Below are positions 40,829 through 51,188 of a stretch of 64,000 nucleotides of DNA, one piece after another. Numbering within the stretch: the first letter of the stretch is position 1; every line of letters begins with the position of its first letter. Both the position numbers and the translations under genes were made by a program. The notes beneath the pieces were generated by a model. The model was not told the origin of the DNA. It was given only the letters and a program-made list of their open reading frames with translations, and made no database searches. The stretch comes from Armatimonadota bacterium (GTDB lineage Bacteria > Armatimonadota > SYMT01): positions 64,001 to 128,000 of the forward strand of contig JAWLHY010000004.1 in assembly GCA_041690135.1 (NCBI GenBank), written 5' to 3'.

Positions 40829-41964
40829 GCTATCCCCCACCACCGGGCAAAGATGCCGGCCAGCTTGTCCAACTCCGAAACTTCCACCCACTCCTCGGCT
40901 CCGTGGGCCTGGTCGATCGAGCCGGGACCGATGACCACGCAGGCGCGCGCCACGTCCGGATAGGCCCAGGCGTTCGTGCAGTACGGAACGACCGCCGGCT
41001 CGCGGCCGGACCACTCCGCCAGACCCGCCACCCACGGGTGCGCCGGGTCCTGCGCGAAGGCGTGGATCTGCTTGAGAATGCGGCTGGTGACCGGCAGCTC
41101 GCAGGTAGCCCGCGCCAGGATCGTGAGGGCCGCCGCCACCTCTTCCGCGCGCTCGCCGTCGATCAGTCGGCGGTCGATCCCGAGCACGCAGGAGTCGGGG
41201 ACCACGTTCATGCCGCGGCCGCCTCGCACGATCGTCACGGTGAGCGTGGGGGCGCCCAGGGTCGGAGACTGGACTTCCCGCTGGAGACGCTCGTTCTCCT
41301 GGGCGAAGGCGAGGCTGAGGCGCGCGCCTTCCAGGACGGCGTTCTTCCCCAGGTGCGGCTGCGACGAGTGGGCGGCCACCCCTTCGATCTCGAACTCCAT
41401 CCGCAGCACGCCCTTATGGCCCACCACGGGGCCGCAGAACGTCGGCTCCGCCACCGCCAGCTCGTCCAGCACCAGGCCGCGCTGCCGCAACCAGGCGGCG
41501 CAGGCCGGGGCGCCGTGGGCATCGACCTCTTCATCCACCGTGGCCGACACGAACAGGTTCGGTTCGGGCCGGGCGCCTCTCCGAACCAACTCCTCCAGCA
41601 GCGCCAGCGTCACCGCCAGGGTGGCCTTCGTGTCTACCGCGCCCCGACCGTGCACCTTGCCGCCGGCCAGCTCCCCGCTGAACGGCTCTCCGGTCATCTG
41701 CTCGACGCCGACCGTATCGAGGTGGACATCGACCCCGGCCCAGCGCTCGGTTTGGCCCTTCCAGAGCCCGTAGATGTTGCTGCGACCCGGCAGCACCTCT
41801 TCGCGATGGACCTCCGCCCCCAACTCGCGGAACCACCCTTCCACTGCATCGCCGATGCGCCCTTCCCCCGGCGTGCCGGCGCGTGGGCCGGCCTGGGAAG
41901 GGGAAACGCTGGGAATCCGTACGAGGCGACTGAGCCAGCCGGCCACCTGCTCTCCTGACACCAT
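40825..41964 (-). CDS. M20 metallopeptidase (ArgE/DapE-like)
   Basis: HLDTV, GRGAVDTK, DEE, AEPT, AHSS, GPGSIDQAH. Confidence 0.9.
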   Translation of the reverse strand: MVSGEQVAGWLSRLVRIPSVSPSQAGPRAGTPGEGRIGDAVEGWFRELGAEVHREEVLPGRSNIYGLWKGQTERWAGVDVHLDTVGVEQMTGEPFSGELAGGKVHGRGAVDTKATLAVTLALLEELVRRGARPEPNLFVSATVDEEVDAHGAPACAAWLRQRGLVLDELAVAEPTFCGPVVGHKGVLRMEFEIEGVAAHSSQPHLGKNAVLEGARLSLAFAQENERLQREVQSPTLGAPTLTVTIVRGGRGMNVVPDSCVLGIDRRLIDGERAEEVAAALTILARATCELPVTSRILKQIHAFAQDPAHPWVAGLAEWSGREPAVVPYCTNAWAYPDVARACVVIGPGSIDQAHGAEEWVEVSELDKLAGIFARWWGIA

Positions 41965-42014
41965 GCAAAGAACCTCCCGGTTTCCGGCCTCGCGCCGAAA
42001 ACCTCCCGAACAGG

Positions 42015-42833
42015 TTAGTCGTTCGAGGAGGGGGGTCCTGCGGGTTTGGCTGCCGGCTTTTGATCGGTGAGAAACCGGCGGATGGCTTGCGCCACGCCCT
42101 CAGGACGTTCCACCGGGGCCATGTGCCCGCAGTCCGGCAGGAGCTCCAGGCGGGCGCCGGGGATGGCGGATCGGTAGGCTTCGCCGTAGAGGGGAGAAAT
42201 GAGCCGATCGTGCTCCGCCCAGAGGGCCAGCGTGGGCGCCTGAATCCGGCGCAGGCGGCGGGGGAGCTTGGGGTTGAACCAGGGGTTCCAGGCGAGCAGT
42301 GCGGCCGTGCTCATGGCGCGGTACAGCTTCAGCCGCTCCCGGGGCCGCTTCCGCTCCTCGAAGTAGGCCTGGGCGGCGGCGGGATCGTGGAAGATCGTTC
42401 GGGAGAGGTCTTCGCCCTTCAGCGCCGCCAGGTCGGGCATCAGTGCTTCGTCCAGGTGGAGACCGGCCGCATTGAGCAGCACCAGAGCCTCGAGCCGGTC
42501 CGGGTAGGTTACCGCGAACTCCGCCGCGATCCAGCCCCCCAGGGAGAACCCGACCAGGGCCGGCCGTTCCAATTCCAGCCGCCGGAGGAGCTCCTCGTAG
42601 TGCAGCACGAGGTCGTCCATTCCCTCCAGCCACTCCGGCCGCTCCGTGTTGCCGAACCCGGGATGGTCCGGAGCGTAAACGGTGAAGTGCCGGGCCAGTT
42701 CGGCGTGGACCGGCAGCCACTCGCCGGAGGGGGCCACGCCGTGGAGATACACCAACGGCGGCCCCTCACCCGCGCGGAACATGTGGGTCTCCACCCCGGC
42801 GACCGCGACCGTCAACGCTTCCGGCTGCACCAT
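42015..42833 (-). CDS. Alpha/beta-fold hydrolase
   Basis: YLHG, DHPGFG, GFSLGG nucleophile elbow, CGH. Confidence 0.9.
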   Translation of the reverse strand: MVQPEALTVAVAGVETHMFRAGEGPPLVYLHGVAPSGEWLPVHAELARHFTVYAPDHPGFGNTERPEWLEGMDDLVLHYEELLRRLELERPALVGFSLGGWIAAEFAVTYPDRLEALVLLNAAGLHLDEALMPDLAALKGEDLSRTIFHDPAAAQAYFEERKRPRERLKLYRAMSTAALLAWNPWFNPKLPRRLRRIQAPTLALWAEHDRLISPLYGEAYRSAIPGARLELLPDCGHMAPVERPEGVAQAIRRFLTDQKPAAKPAGPPSSND

Positions 42834-42837
42834 CCGC

Positions 42838-43530
42838 CTACTTGTTCCCCAGGGGATGCGGTACCTGGCGGTTGCGCGCGGGCACTTTCTGATCCACGAC
42901 CTTGTAGCCCGCGGGCACTTTGAAGGTCGCGGGCGAGAGCTTCGTCGGCACCGCGATCTTGGTCGCAACAGCACTCAGGTCCATCCCCTGCCCGGTCGAT
43001 TGGAGCTTGAGCGGCACGCCTTTCCACAGCCAGACCTTATAGCCCCCGGCCTCGCGAATCTCGCACGGCTTCCCGAGGACCGTCCCCTTGCCGACTACTT
43101 TCCCCTTATCCCCATTGAGTCCGGGAATCTGCATCCCCGCCGAGGCTTGCTTGATGGCCTCGGGAGTGAGCTGGATCCGGGAGACCACCTTCCCCTGGAG
43201 AGGGAGGTGCAGGTAGAGGTATTTCCCGTCCGAGACGGTCCATTGCTTGATGGTCGGCGGCGCACTGCCTTTGGCGTTAGAAGCGGAGGCTCCCAGGGTG
43301 GCTCCGGAGAAGCTCTGCTCCCAGCGGAACTTCTTGCCGCCGTCGGTCCAGGCGAGGAGGCTGGTGCCCTGCATCGTCCCACCGGTCATCCGGTAGGCGA
43401 CCCGACCGGTGGGGACGGAAAACTTCGGCAATTCGGGTTTGCCCTGGGCGATGGCCGGCAGGCAGCACAGGCCCGCGACCCCGGTGAGAGCCGCGCCCGC
43501 GGCGGCCCGGTGATGGAATGAAAGTTGCAT
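42838..43530 (-). CDS. Secreted hypothetical protein (DUF4412/LolA-like beta fold)
   Basis: Signal peptide; G.GTVLGKPC..KVWLWKGVPLK..FKVPAGY. Confidence 0.7.
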   Translation of the reverse strand: MQLSFHHRAAAGAALTGVAGLCCLPAIAQGKPELPKFSVPTGRVAYRMTGGTMQGTSLLAWTDGGKKFRWEQSFSGATLGASASNAKGSAPPTIKQWTVSDGKYLYLHLPLQGKVVSRIQLTPEAIKQASAGMQIPGLNGDKGKVVGKGTVLGKPCEIREAGGYKVWLWKGVPLKLQSTGQGMDLSAVATKIAVPTKLSPATFKVPAGYKVVDQKVPARNRQVPHPLGNK

Positions 43531-43666
43531 AGGCGCCTAGTTTTTCTGCCCGGTCCTGGGAGGGTCTCTCGCGCTTGCGTCCGGTAAGACCCTCCCCAGT
43601 TTATGGGATGGGCGCGCACTTCGAGACGATTCTCTGCGATCGCACCCTCCAGAATACGGAATGCGC

Positions 43667-43978
43667 CTACGCCAGGTTTCGGGTGGAGGCCGACTCGGGC
43701 CTCAACGCCTCCGCCTCTTCATCATCCCACTCTCCGTCTTCCGAGTGCTGCTGCGACCCACCCCCACCGTCGGGACTGGTGTCAAGCAGGCAGCGCTCAC
43801 CCTGCCGGATCTCCACCCACCCGCCATGAGCACGGTCGACCACGGAAAAGAGGCTGATGAAGCATGCCTCCGCCTGCGCGTAGTGGACGTACTCCACCTG
43901 CTGTATCCTGTCACCGGCCGCACCCACCCAGCGGACCTGGAAACGTACTCCCGACTCCTGGTTCACGGACTTCATCAC
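43667..43978 (-). CDS. Small hypothetical protein
   Basis: 103-aa ORF with a plausible globular N-terminal half and an acidic tail; no recognised family. Confidence 0.45.
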   Translation of the reverse strand: MMKSVNQESGVRFQVRWVGAAGDRIQQVEYVHYAQAEACFISLFSVVDRAHGGWVEIRQGERCLLDTSPDGGGGSQQHSEDGEWDDEEAEALRPESASTRNLA

Positions 43979-44513
43979 TGAACGACTCTACAATCTACCC
44001 GGTCGCTGCCGGATGCATAGCTTTTGCGGGTTACCTGCGAAGAGCCCGGGCTCCGATCACTGACGGTTCAACACCCTACGGCGGCCCGGACTTTCCTGGC
44101 GACGCAACGGCCATGGAGGCCCCATTCGCAGCTTCCGGGGTGCCGACGGTGTGTATGGGGATTATGGCGCGGCAAAGGATAACTACCTATGAGGACAGGT
44201 ACGGGTGGGCTGTGAGAGCCGTCACTTCCATCCGTTGAAGGCGACCGTTGTTGTACGGGGGCGTGCCTCGGAGCGCGGCTCCGATAACGTCGCGAAGAAG
44301 GGGTCATCTGACTCCTTCCCCGATCCTCTGGCCCGGAAACTACTCCGAAGGTTGAAGGGGAACTCCCCCTTTCGATGGCCCAAAGTTCCCCACTCGTCAC
44401 CAATGGGGAAGCGGTCCACCCGCCCGGCCGGATCGCGGGATGGGCGGCCCGGCATTCCGGCGGCAATTGTGCGCGCGCCGCGCGGGGTAAAATAGCTCCG
44501 AGGACGCTACCCG

Positions 44514-45677
44514 ATGATTTACCTGGACCATGCCGCTACCACCCGACCCGCACCCGAGGTCGTCGAAGCGATGTTGCCGTACTACCGGGAGGGATACGGC
44601 AACGCCAGCAGCCTCTATTCTCTCGGCAAACAAAGCCGGAAAGCCGTGGAAGAGGCGCGTGAGCTGGCGGCGGCCTTTTTCGGGTGTCGGCCGCAGGAGA
44701 TCGTGTTCACCGGCGGGGGCAGCGAAAGCGACAACCTGGCGCTGCGCGGCGTGATGTGGGCGCTCCGCTCCCGCGGCAACCACCTGATCACCACGCGGGT
44801 GGAGCATCACGCCGTGCTCTACACCGCGGAGGCGCTGGAACGCCAGGGGTTTGAAGTCACCTACCTGGAGCCGGACCGGCAGGGCCGCGTTTCCGCCGAG
44901 CAGGTGGCGGAAGCGATCACGGAGCGCACCGTGCTGATCAGCGTGATGCACGGGAACAACGAGGTCGGGACCTTGATGCCGATCGAGGCGATTGGCCGGC
45001 TCGCCCGCGAGCGGGGCATTCTCTTCCACACCGATGCCGTGCAAACCGTCGGCCAACTCCCGCTCTCCGTGCGGGACCTTCCCTGCGACCTGCTCTCCAT
45101 GTCCGCGCACAAGGTGTACGGCCCGAAAGGCGTGGGCCTCCTTTACCGGCGGATGGGGGTGCCGCTGGTGCCGCACCTAACCGGCGGCGACCAGGAGTTC
45201 GGGCTGCGGGCAGGCACGGAGAACGTTCCGGCCATCGTGGGCCTGGGGAAGGCTTTGGAACTGGCCTATGCCGCCCTTCAGGAGGGGGAACCCCAGCGCG
45301 AGCAAGGCCTGCGCGACCGGCTCATTGCGGGAGTGCTGGCGGCCCTCCCGGACGCGGAGCTTACCGGCCATCCCACGGAGCGGCTCCCGAACCACACCAG
45401 CTTCCGCTTCCCCCTGATCGAAGGGGAGCCGCTGCTGTTGAACCTGGATATGCGCGGCATCTGCGGCAGCAGCGGGGCCGCGTGTGCCAGTGGCGAGATC
45501 GAACCCAGCCACGTCCTCCTGGCGATCGGCTACACCCGCCAGGAGGCACACGGAGCCCTTCGCCTCACCGTCGGACGCGAGAACACTTCGGAGGAGATCG
45601 AGGAGGTTGTGCGCGTACTACCGCCGCTGGTCGAAAGCCTGCGCAAACTCCGCACCCCTGCCCCGTCGCGCACCTGA
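44514..45677 (+). CDS. iscS: Cysteine desulfurase (IscS/NifS group I)
   Basis: IYLDHAATT, EHHAV, NNEVG, HTDAVQ, SAHKVYGPKG, RAGTEN, SSGAACASG. Confidence 0.92.
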   Translation: MIYLDHAATTRPAPEVVEAMLPYYREGYGNASSLYSLGKQSRKAVEEARELAAAFFGCRPQEIVFTGGGSESDNLALRGVMWALRSRGNHLITTRVEHHAVLYTAEALERQGFEVTYLEPDRQGRVSAEQVAEAITERTVLISVMHGNNEVGTLMPIEAIGRLARERGILFHTDAVQTVGQLPLSVRDLPCDLLSMSAHKVYGPKGVGLLYRRMGVPLVPHLTGGDQEFGLRAGTENVPAIVGLGKALELAYAALQEGEPQREQGLRDRLIAGVLAALPDAELTGHPTERLPNHTSFRFPLIEGEPLLLNLDMRGICGSSGAACASGEIEPSHVLLAIGYTRQEAHGALRLTVGRENTSEEIEEVVRVLPPLVESLRKLRTPAPSRT

Positions 45678-45750
45678 GAACCCGTCTGCGAGCCTGTCAA
45701 AGAGGTGGAATACCGTCGCGGAACGCCGCGGCCGGCCCGGTACCGAGTCT

Positions 45751-47418
45751 TCAGTGGCCGTTGGGCGAGATCAGCGACTGCTGTGTGCGCTCGGGAGGCG
45801 TGTCCGAGAGGGCGGCCCGGGGCAGGTAAATCCGGATAGCCGTACCCCGGCCGGGCTCGCTGTCCACTCGCACGTAGCCCCCACTCTGTGCGAAGAACCC
45901 GTACACGGCAGCCAGGTCCAACCCGGCCGGTCCCCGTGACGGACCGGCCCCATAGAACGGCTCGAAGAGGCGCGCGCGCTCTTCGGTGCTCATGGCCGGC
46001 CCGGTGTCCGCGATGGTCAGTGAAACATGGGGCACGGCGGTCGCCACTCCCTGCGGCGCCTCACGAGGTCCGAGACCACGCACCGTAAGCGTGAGCGTGC
46101 CGCCCTTCGGCATGGCCGTACAGGCGCGTTGAACCAGCGTGAGGATCGCCTCCCGCAGGAGTTGGGGGTCGATACACACGGTCTCCGGATTCGCATCGGG
46201 AACCACAATGACACGGATGGACGGACCGGCCAGACCGGTTATCTCCGGCTTCAACCGGTTAATGAAGGCACTCAGATCCGTGAGGCGTGGATCGAGAAAC
46301 TGCCGTCGGCCGAAAGCGAGCAGTTGGCGGGTCATCTCCGCGGTGCGCTCGCCGGCGCGCTGGATGCTCTCCACCGCCTGACGCATCGGATCTCCGGCCT
46401 CGAGACGCTCCAGCAGGAGTTCGCTCTGTCCCAGGATGACGGCCAGCATGTTATTGAACTCGTGAGCCACGCCCCCCGCCAGGGCGCCCACTCCCTGAAG
46501 GTGCTGTGTTTGGCATTCCTGAGACGACCAGGGGCAGTCCGCCGACGTCCGGGCTCCCAGCAGCAATGCGGTAATCGCGGAGAACGCAGCCAGGCCGGTA
46601 ACCGTCTCCTCTCGAAATGGCTGCTGTCCGAATACCGCAAGTACCCCCCGCAACGTGCCCCCCTGATAGAGCGGGAAGGCTGCCACGGAGTCCACTCCCT
46701 GTTCAACCAACCACTCCGGATTAAATAGCGGGTTGCTCTGCAGCCGGCTGCCCAGATAAGGTCGCCCCTGGTTCGCGGCCTCACGCACTTCCGGAGGAAG
46801 CTCGGCCTCGACGAACGGACGAGAGTTCCGCTCCCAGGGGTCCTCTCCGCAGCCAACGCTCAAGTGCAGGCGCCAGATACTTTCTTCCGCCTCAATCAAC
46901 CAGAGGCGCACCAGGGCGGCGCCGAACTCCGCCGTAGGTACGCGCAGGAGGTCGACGGGGGTGTCGGATCCGGCCGCGGAAGTGTTGGCCCGGACTGCCG
47001 GGTCGATCGCCGCGCGCAAGCAGGTACTGAGGGTCACCTGCCGCAGAAGAGCAGGGGCAACGCGGCTCTCCTGCAATGTAAGTAAGAACTGCGTCTCACC
47101 CGAATCCGCTGTAAGCGCCGTTACGGTCAGAGAAGCGTCCAGTTCGGCGGCATGACTCCGAAGCAACCGAACGGCGATCGGTTGGGGCAGCAGTGCACGT
47201 TCCGTCTCGGACAGGTGGCGGCTCAACCAAACGGTGTTAAGGGTTCCGCTCTCCTCGCGCAGAATTCTCGTAACCGGCTGGGCAACCAGTGCCTCCCGGG
47301 TGCTCCCATACAACCGTTCGGCCGCCTGGTTGGCAAAGAGAACGCACCGGGCCTCATCCACCAGGAGGGCTGCAGTGGGCAGTGCATCGAGTGCCTGCCT
47401 AAGAAGTGGGGATGCCAT
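45751..47418 (-). CDS. PAS/GAF sensor histidine-kinase-like protein with degenerate HATPase
   Basis: H-box GVAHEFNN intact; N, G1 and G2 boxes altered. Confidence 0.85.
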   Translation of the reverse strand: MASPLLRQALDALPTAALLVDEARCVLFANQAAERLYGSTREALVAQPVTRILREESGTLNTVWLSRHLSETERALLPQPIAVRLLRSHAAELDASLTVTALTADSGETQFLLTLQESRVAPALLRQVTLSTCLRAAIDPAVRANTSAAGSDTPVDLLRVPTAEFGAALVRLWLIEAEESIWRLHLSVGCGEDPWERNSRPFVEAELPPEVREAANQGRPYLGSRLQSNPLFNPEWLVEQGVDSVAAFPLYQGGTLRGVLAVFGQQPFREETVTGLAAFSAITALLLGARTSADCPWSSQECQTQHLQGVGALAGGVAHEFNNMLAVILGQSELLLERLEAGDPMRQAVESIQRAGERTAEMTRQLLAFGRRQFLDPRLTDLSAFINRLKPEITGLAGPSIRVIVVPDANPETVCIDPQLLREAILTLVQRACTAMPKGGTLTLTVRGLGPREAPQGVATAVPHVSLTIADTGPAMSTEERARLFEPFYGAGPSRGPAGLDLAAVYGFFAQSGGYVRVDSEPGRGTAIRIYLPRAALSDTPPERTQQSLISPNGH

Positions 47419-49195
47419 CCGAGTTCCTAACGGTGCCGCAGAGGGTTAGCGTTTGCCGGGTTTCCGTAAATCCGTTCCCCTCAGGACGGAGCGAAGGGTG
47501 GTTTCCCTCGAGCACCTGGCGGATGGTTCCACAAAGAGCCGCCGCGGAGAACGGCTTCTGCAGGAACGGAACCTCCATCGGCCGTACGCCGTGGCGGAGA
47601 AGACACTCATCCACGTACCCGGACATGTAGACCACCCGAACATCCGGCTGCAGTTTCCGGATCTCCTCAGCCATTTCCCGGCCGCTCATTTCAGGCATGA
47701 CCACGTCCGTCAACAAAAGATGGAGCGGACCCCGATGCTCTTTGCACAGTTCGACCGCCTGCGAGGGAGACTCAGCTTCCACTATATTGTATCCGCTTGA
47801 CCTAAGTATATCGGCAACAAGTCCCCGCACCATCGGCTCGTCTTCCACCAGGAGCAGTGTCTCGCTGCCGGTTGAAGCAGCCTCGGGCTCTTCGGGCGCC
47901 GCTGTGGACCGCGGGGCACCGGTCACCGCCGGCAGGTAAACCTCGAAGGTGGTCCCCAGGCCCGGTTCGCTTTTCACCCGAACCGTACCCCCACTCTGCT
48001 GGACAATTCCAAGGACCACGCTCAGCCCCAGGCCGGTTCCCTCTCCGGGTTGTTTCGTGGTAAAGAAAGGCTCAAAGATGCGCGAAAGGTGGGCGGGATC
48101 GATCCCGCAACCCGTGTCGGTGACGCGCAAGAGCACACAGGGCTCCGGCTCGCGGGTCTCGGATCCTTCAACGCCTGGTACATTGCCGTATGTGGCGATG
48201 TGGACCGTTCCGCCCAGCGGCATCGCGTCTCGGGCGTTGACCACCAGGTTCATCAGCACCTGTTCGAGCTTCCCCGGATCCACCGAGACCAGGACGTCCG
48301 ACGCCCGCAGGTCCACTATCAACTGCACGTCTTCACCCAGGAGCCGGCGGAGAATGGTAAGGAAGTCACGGATGACGTCGTCCAGGCACAGGACCTGTGG
48401 CGAAAGTGACTGCTTGCGACTGAAGGCCAGCAGCTGGCGGGTCAGCACGGCGCTCCGAGCTGCGGCTTTCACGATTTCCCCGGCAGCCGCCCGCAGCGGA
48501 TGAGTGCTTTCCAACTGGCTCAAGAGGAGGTCGCCGTAACCCTGGATCACGGCCAGCATGTTGTTGAAATCGTGCGCGAGGCCTCCCGCGAGACGCCCGA
48601 TCGCCTCCAGCTTCTGGGACTGCTGAAGCTGCTCCCGCAGTAACGCATCGGCCTGCTGCCGGGTGGCGCTTTCCAGCAGGAGAGACGCCAATTGCGCGAG
48701 CACCTCCAACACCGGCGCGTCTCGCTCGGCATCTTCTCCCGTTCCCCGGACGATCCCCAGGCAGCCGATCCATTTCGTATCCCGCGCCAAGGGAGCGATC
48801 CGCAGTGAGAGCGTCGTCCCGTCGGAATCCCGCAGGGGGGTCTCCTGCCCGGTCGATAAACCCAACTCCGCACCCTCCGACAACCTCTCGGAGAGTAAGG
48901 CGTGGAATTGCTCCGCCAGGACCTCGAACTCCCGGTCTCCCGACGCCGGTGCGAGCGGATGGTGTCCCTCTCCGCCCTCTACCCGTCCGATATCGGCCCG
49001 CGGGCGGATGAGAAACACCGGGTTCGGTGCAGCCAACCAGATGAACGCGTAGCGACCGCCGGTGAGTTGCAGGGCACCTTCGAGCAGGATGCGCGCCGCA
49101 TTCTCCCACACCTGGCCCTCGGCTCCCCCGGGCACAACCGGGCATACCTGCGAAGAAGGTGCTTCGCAGAGGTCGGTTTGTGAAGACGTAGCCAT
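47399..49195 (-). CDS. Hybrid sensor histidine kinase/receiver (CckA-like)
   Basis: GLAHDFNN, NLVVNARDAM, DTGCG, FEPFF, GTGLGL; REC VEDE, LTDVVMP, QKP. Start 49195 inferred. Confidence 0.92.
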   Translation of the reverse strand: MATSSQTDLCEAPSSQVCPVVPGGAEGQVWENAARILLEGALQLTGGRYAFIWLAAPNPVFLIRPRADIGRVEGGEGHHPLAPASGDREFEVLAEQFHALLSERLSEGAELGLSTGQETPLRDSDGTTLSLRIAPLARDTKWIGCLGIVRGTGEDAERDAPVLEVLAQLASLLLESATRQQADALLREQLQQSQKLEAIGRLAGGLAHDFNNMLAVIQGYGDLLLSQLESTHPLRAAAGEIVKAAARSAVLTRQLLAFSRKQSLSPQVLCLDDVIRDFLTILRRLLGEDVQLIVDLRASDVLVSVDPGKLEQVLMNLVVNARDAMPLGGTVHIATYGNVPGVEGSETREPEPCVLLRVTDTGCGIDPAHLSRIFEPFFTTKQPGEGTGLGLSVVLGIVQQSGGTVRVKSEPGLGTTFEVYLPAVTGAPRSTAAPEEPEAASTGSETLLLVEDEPMVRGLVADILRSSGYNIVEAESPSQAVELCKEHRGPLHLLLTDVVMPEMSGREMAEEIRKLQPDVRVVYMSGYVDECLLRHGVRPMEVPFLQKPFSAAALCGTIRQVLEGNHPSLRPEGNGFTETRQTLTLCGTVRNSDGIPTS

Positions 49196-49403
49196 AACTA
49201 TCCAGACGGTCGATTGAGGGGCTTGCCTGATCCTACTTTGGGATGGAATAGCTCTGCACCCCCCAAATAAGGTGAGAGTGTGACCCTTCCGAGCTCCTTC
49301 GCTTGCTGAGTTTCCGGGGAACTTGAGCCAACGGAAGGAGTAGCAGCCCGGCTTGCGGAATACCTTACGGATAGTCCAATTGCTAATGAGGAGTCCGCTG
49401 TCA

Positions 49404-51056
49404 GTGCAGACCGAGACTAAAAGTGCCCCTGAATTAGAACCCTCTAGTGAGCAGAAACTCCCCGATCCCGGCGCCCTACCGGCCTGGGAGGTCGGTGAGA
49501 TGCCCGCTCCCGTCCCCTTCGGCTGGCGCACCGTACTGCAATCGATCGGTCCCGGCATTGTGGTGTTGGGGGGAAGCATCGGCACCGGCGAATGGCTGAT
49601 GGGTCCCGCCGTCACCGTGAAGTTCCAGGGCCAGATGCTCTGGATCGCCACGCTGGCCATCCTCCTGCAGAGCATGCTGAACTGCGAGGTGGTGCGCTAC
49701 GCACTCGCCACGGGCGAGCCGATCTTCACCGGCTACCTCCGCAGCAAGCCCGGTCCCCGCTTCTGGTCCATCATCTACCTGATGTGCGACTTCGGAATCT
49801 TCTTCCCCGCCTTTGCGGGTGCGCTCGCACAGTTGCTGGTAGCGGCCTACCTGGGAGAAGGGAATTCGGTCACCAAAGAGCACACCACCCTGATCATGAT
49901 GGTGGGCGTCTCGGTCAGCCTCATCAGCTTCGTTCTCACCCTGTTCGGCGGTAAGATCTACAACACGATGCTCGCCTGTATGACCTTCAAGGTCATCTGG
50001 GTGCTGGCGTTCCTCCTCTTCGTTGACGTTTTGCTGGTGAGCCCCGAAAACTGGAGTCGGCTCTTCCGCGGTTTCTTCTTCCCCTTCGATCAGAACGGCC
50101 TGATGCTCCCGAAGGACCTGAAGATCGAAGACTTCGCTACCATCGCGGGCTTCGCCGCCTTCGCGGGCGCGGGCGGCCTCAGCAACGCCACCGTGAGCAA
50201 CTACGCGCGGGAGAAGGGCTGGGGCATGGGCGCCCATGTCGGCTGCATTCCCAGCGCGGTCGGCGGGGCGGCGGTCGAACTCTCCCCCCTGGGAACCATT
50301 TTCCGGCCTACCGAAGAGGCAATGCGCCGCTGGAAGGCCTGGTGGGCGCATATCCACTTCGATCAGTATGTGGTGTGGGTGATCGGCTGTTTTGCCGGCG
50401 TCATCCTGCCGGCCGCTATGTCGCTGGGCGTCCTCTCGCTCGGACCGGACGGCAAACTGGACCAGATGCAGATTGCGTCGATGCAGGCCCAGGGAATCGC
50501 GGATACGGTCGGCGGGCGCTGGCCCGGCCTCCGGATGCTGTTCTGGTATCTCACGCTGTTCACCGGGTTCCTCATCATCTGGTTCACCCTGCTGCAGGCG
50601 CTGGACCACACCACCCGGCGCTGGACCGATATCCTCTGGACCGGCAGCAGCAAGGCGCGCGACGCGGCCGGGGGCGCCGGAGTGCGGAAAATCTACTACG
50701 GGATCGCCTTCGGCTACGCCATCGTGAACTGCGTGGTCCTCATCGCCAACACGATGATCGGCGCCACCCCCATGGCGATCGTGTTGCTGACCGCGGTCAG
50801 CCAGGGTTTTGCCACGGGTGTCACGGCCATTCACACCCTCTACGTCAACCGCCGTTTCTTGCCGAAGCAACTCCACGCCCCGGCGTGGCGCGAGGTGGGA
50901 TTGGTGCTCTGCGCCCTGTTCTACTTCAGCATGACGACGCTTGCCGTTTATCCCAAGATCCGTGACTTCGTGGCTCCGAAAACGGCCCAGGCGGCGGCGG
51001 CGCCGGCCCCCGCGGCGCCGGCCGGTGGCACCGTCTGGCCTCTGGGGCGGAAATAA
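49404..51056 (+). CDS. Nramp/YcsG-like (APC superfamily) membrane transporter
   Basis: IGPGIV..GSIGTGEWL.GP, RYALATGE, about 11 TM helices; GAGGAG before GTG 49404. Confidence 0.8.
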   Translation: MQTETKSAPELEPSSEQKLPDPGALPAWEVGEMPAPVPFGWRTVLQSIGPGIVVLGGSIGTGEWLMGPAVTVKFQGQMLWIATLAILLQSMLNCEVVRYALATGEPIFTGYLRSKPGPRFWSIIYLMCDFGIFFPAFAGALAQLLVAAYLGEGNSVTKEHTTLIMMVGVSVSLISFVLTLFGGKIYNTMLACMTFKVIWVLAFLLFVDVLLVSPENWSRLFRGFFFPFDQNGLMLPKDLKIEDFATIAGFAAFAGAGGLSNATVSNYAREKGWGMGAHVGCIPSAVGGAAVELSPLGTIFRPTEEAMRRWKAWWAHIHFDQYVVWVIGCFAGVILPAAMSLGVLSLGPDGKLDQMQIASMQAQGIADTVGGRWPGLRMLFWYLTLFTGFLIIWFTLLQALDHTTRRWTDILWTGSSKARDAAGGAGVRKIYYGIAFGYAIVNCVVLIANTMIGATPMAIVLLTAVSQGFATGVTAIHTLYVNRRFLPKQLHAPAWREVGLVLCALFYFSMTTLAVYPKIRDFVAPKTAQAAAAPAPAAPAGGTVWPLGRK

Positions 51057-51188
51057 ACCTCAAAACGGCCCCTCATGCGCCCGGTTGCTCGCATGCCGCG
51101 GGCGTCCGGGCGCGATACCATATCCGGGGCAGGGAGCCGGAGGCGCCGGCCCCCAGACTTTCAGTTCCTGATACCGGAAGGAGACGAA

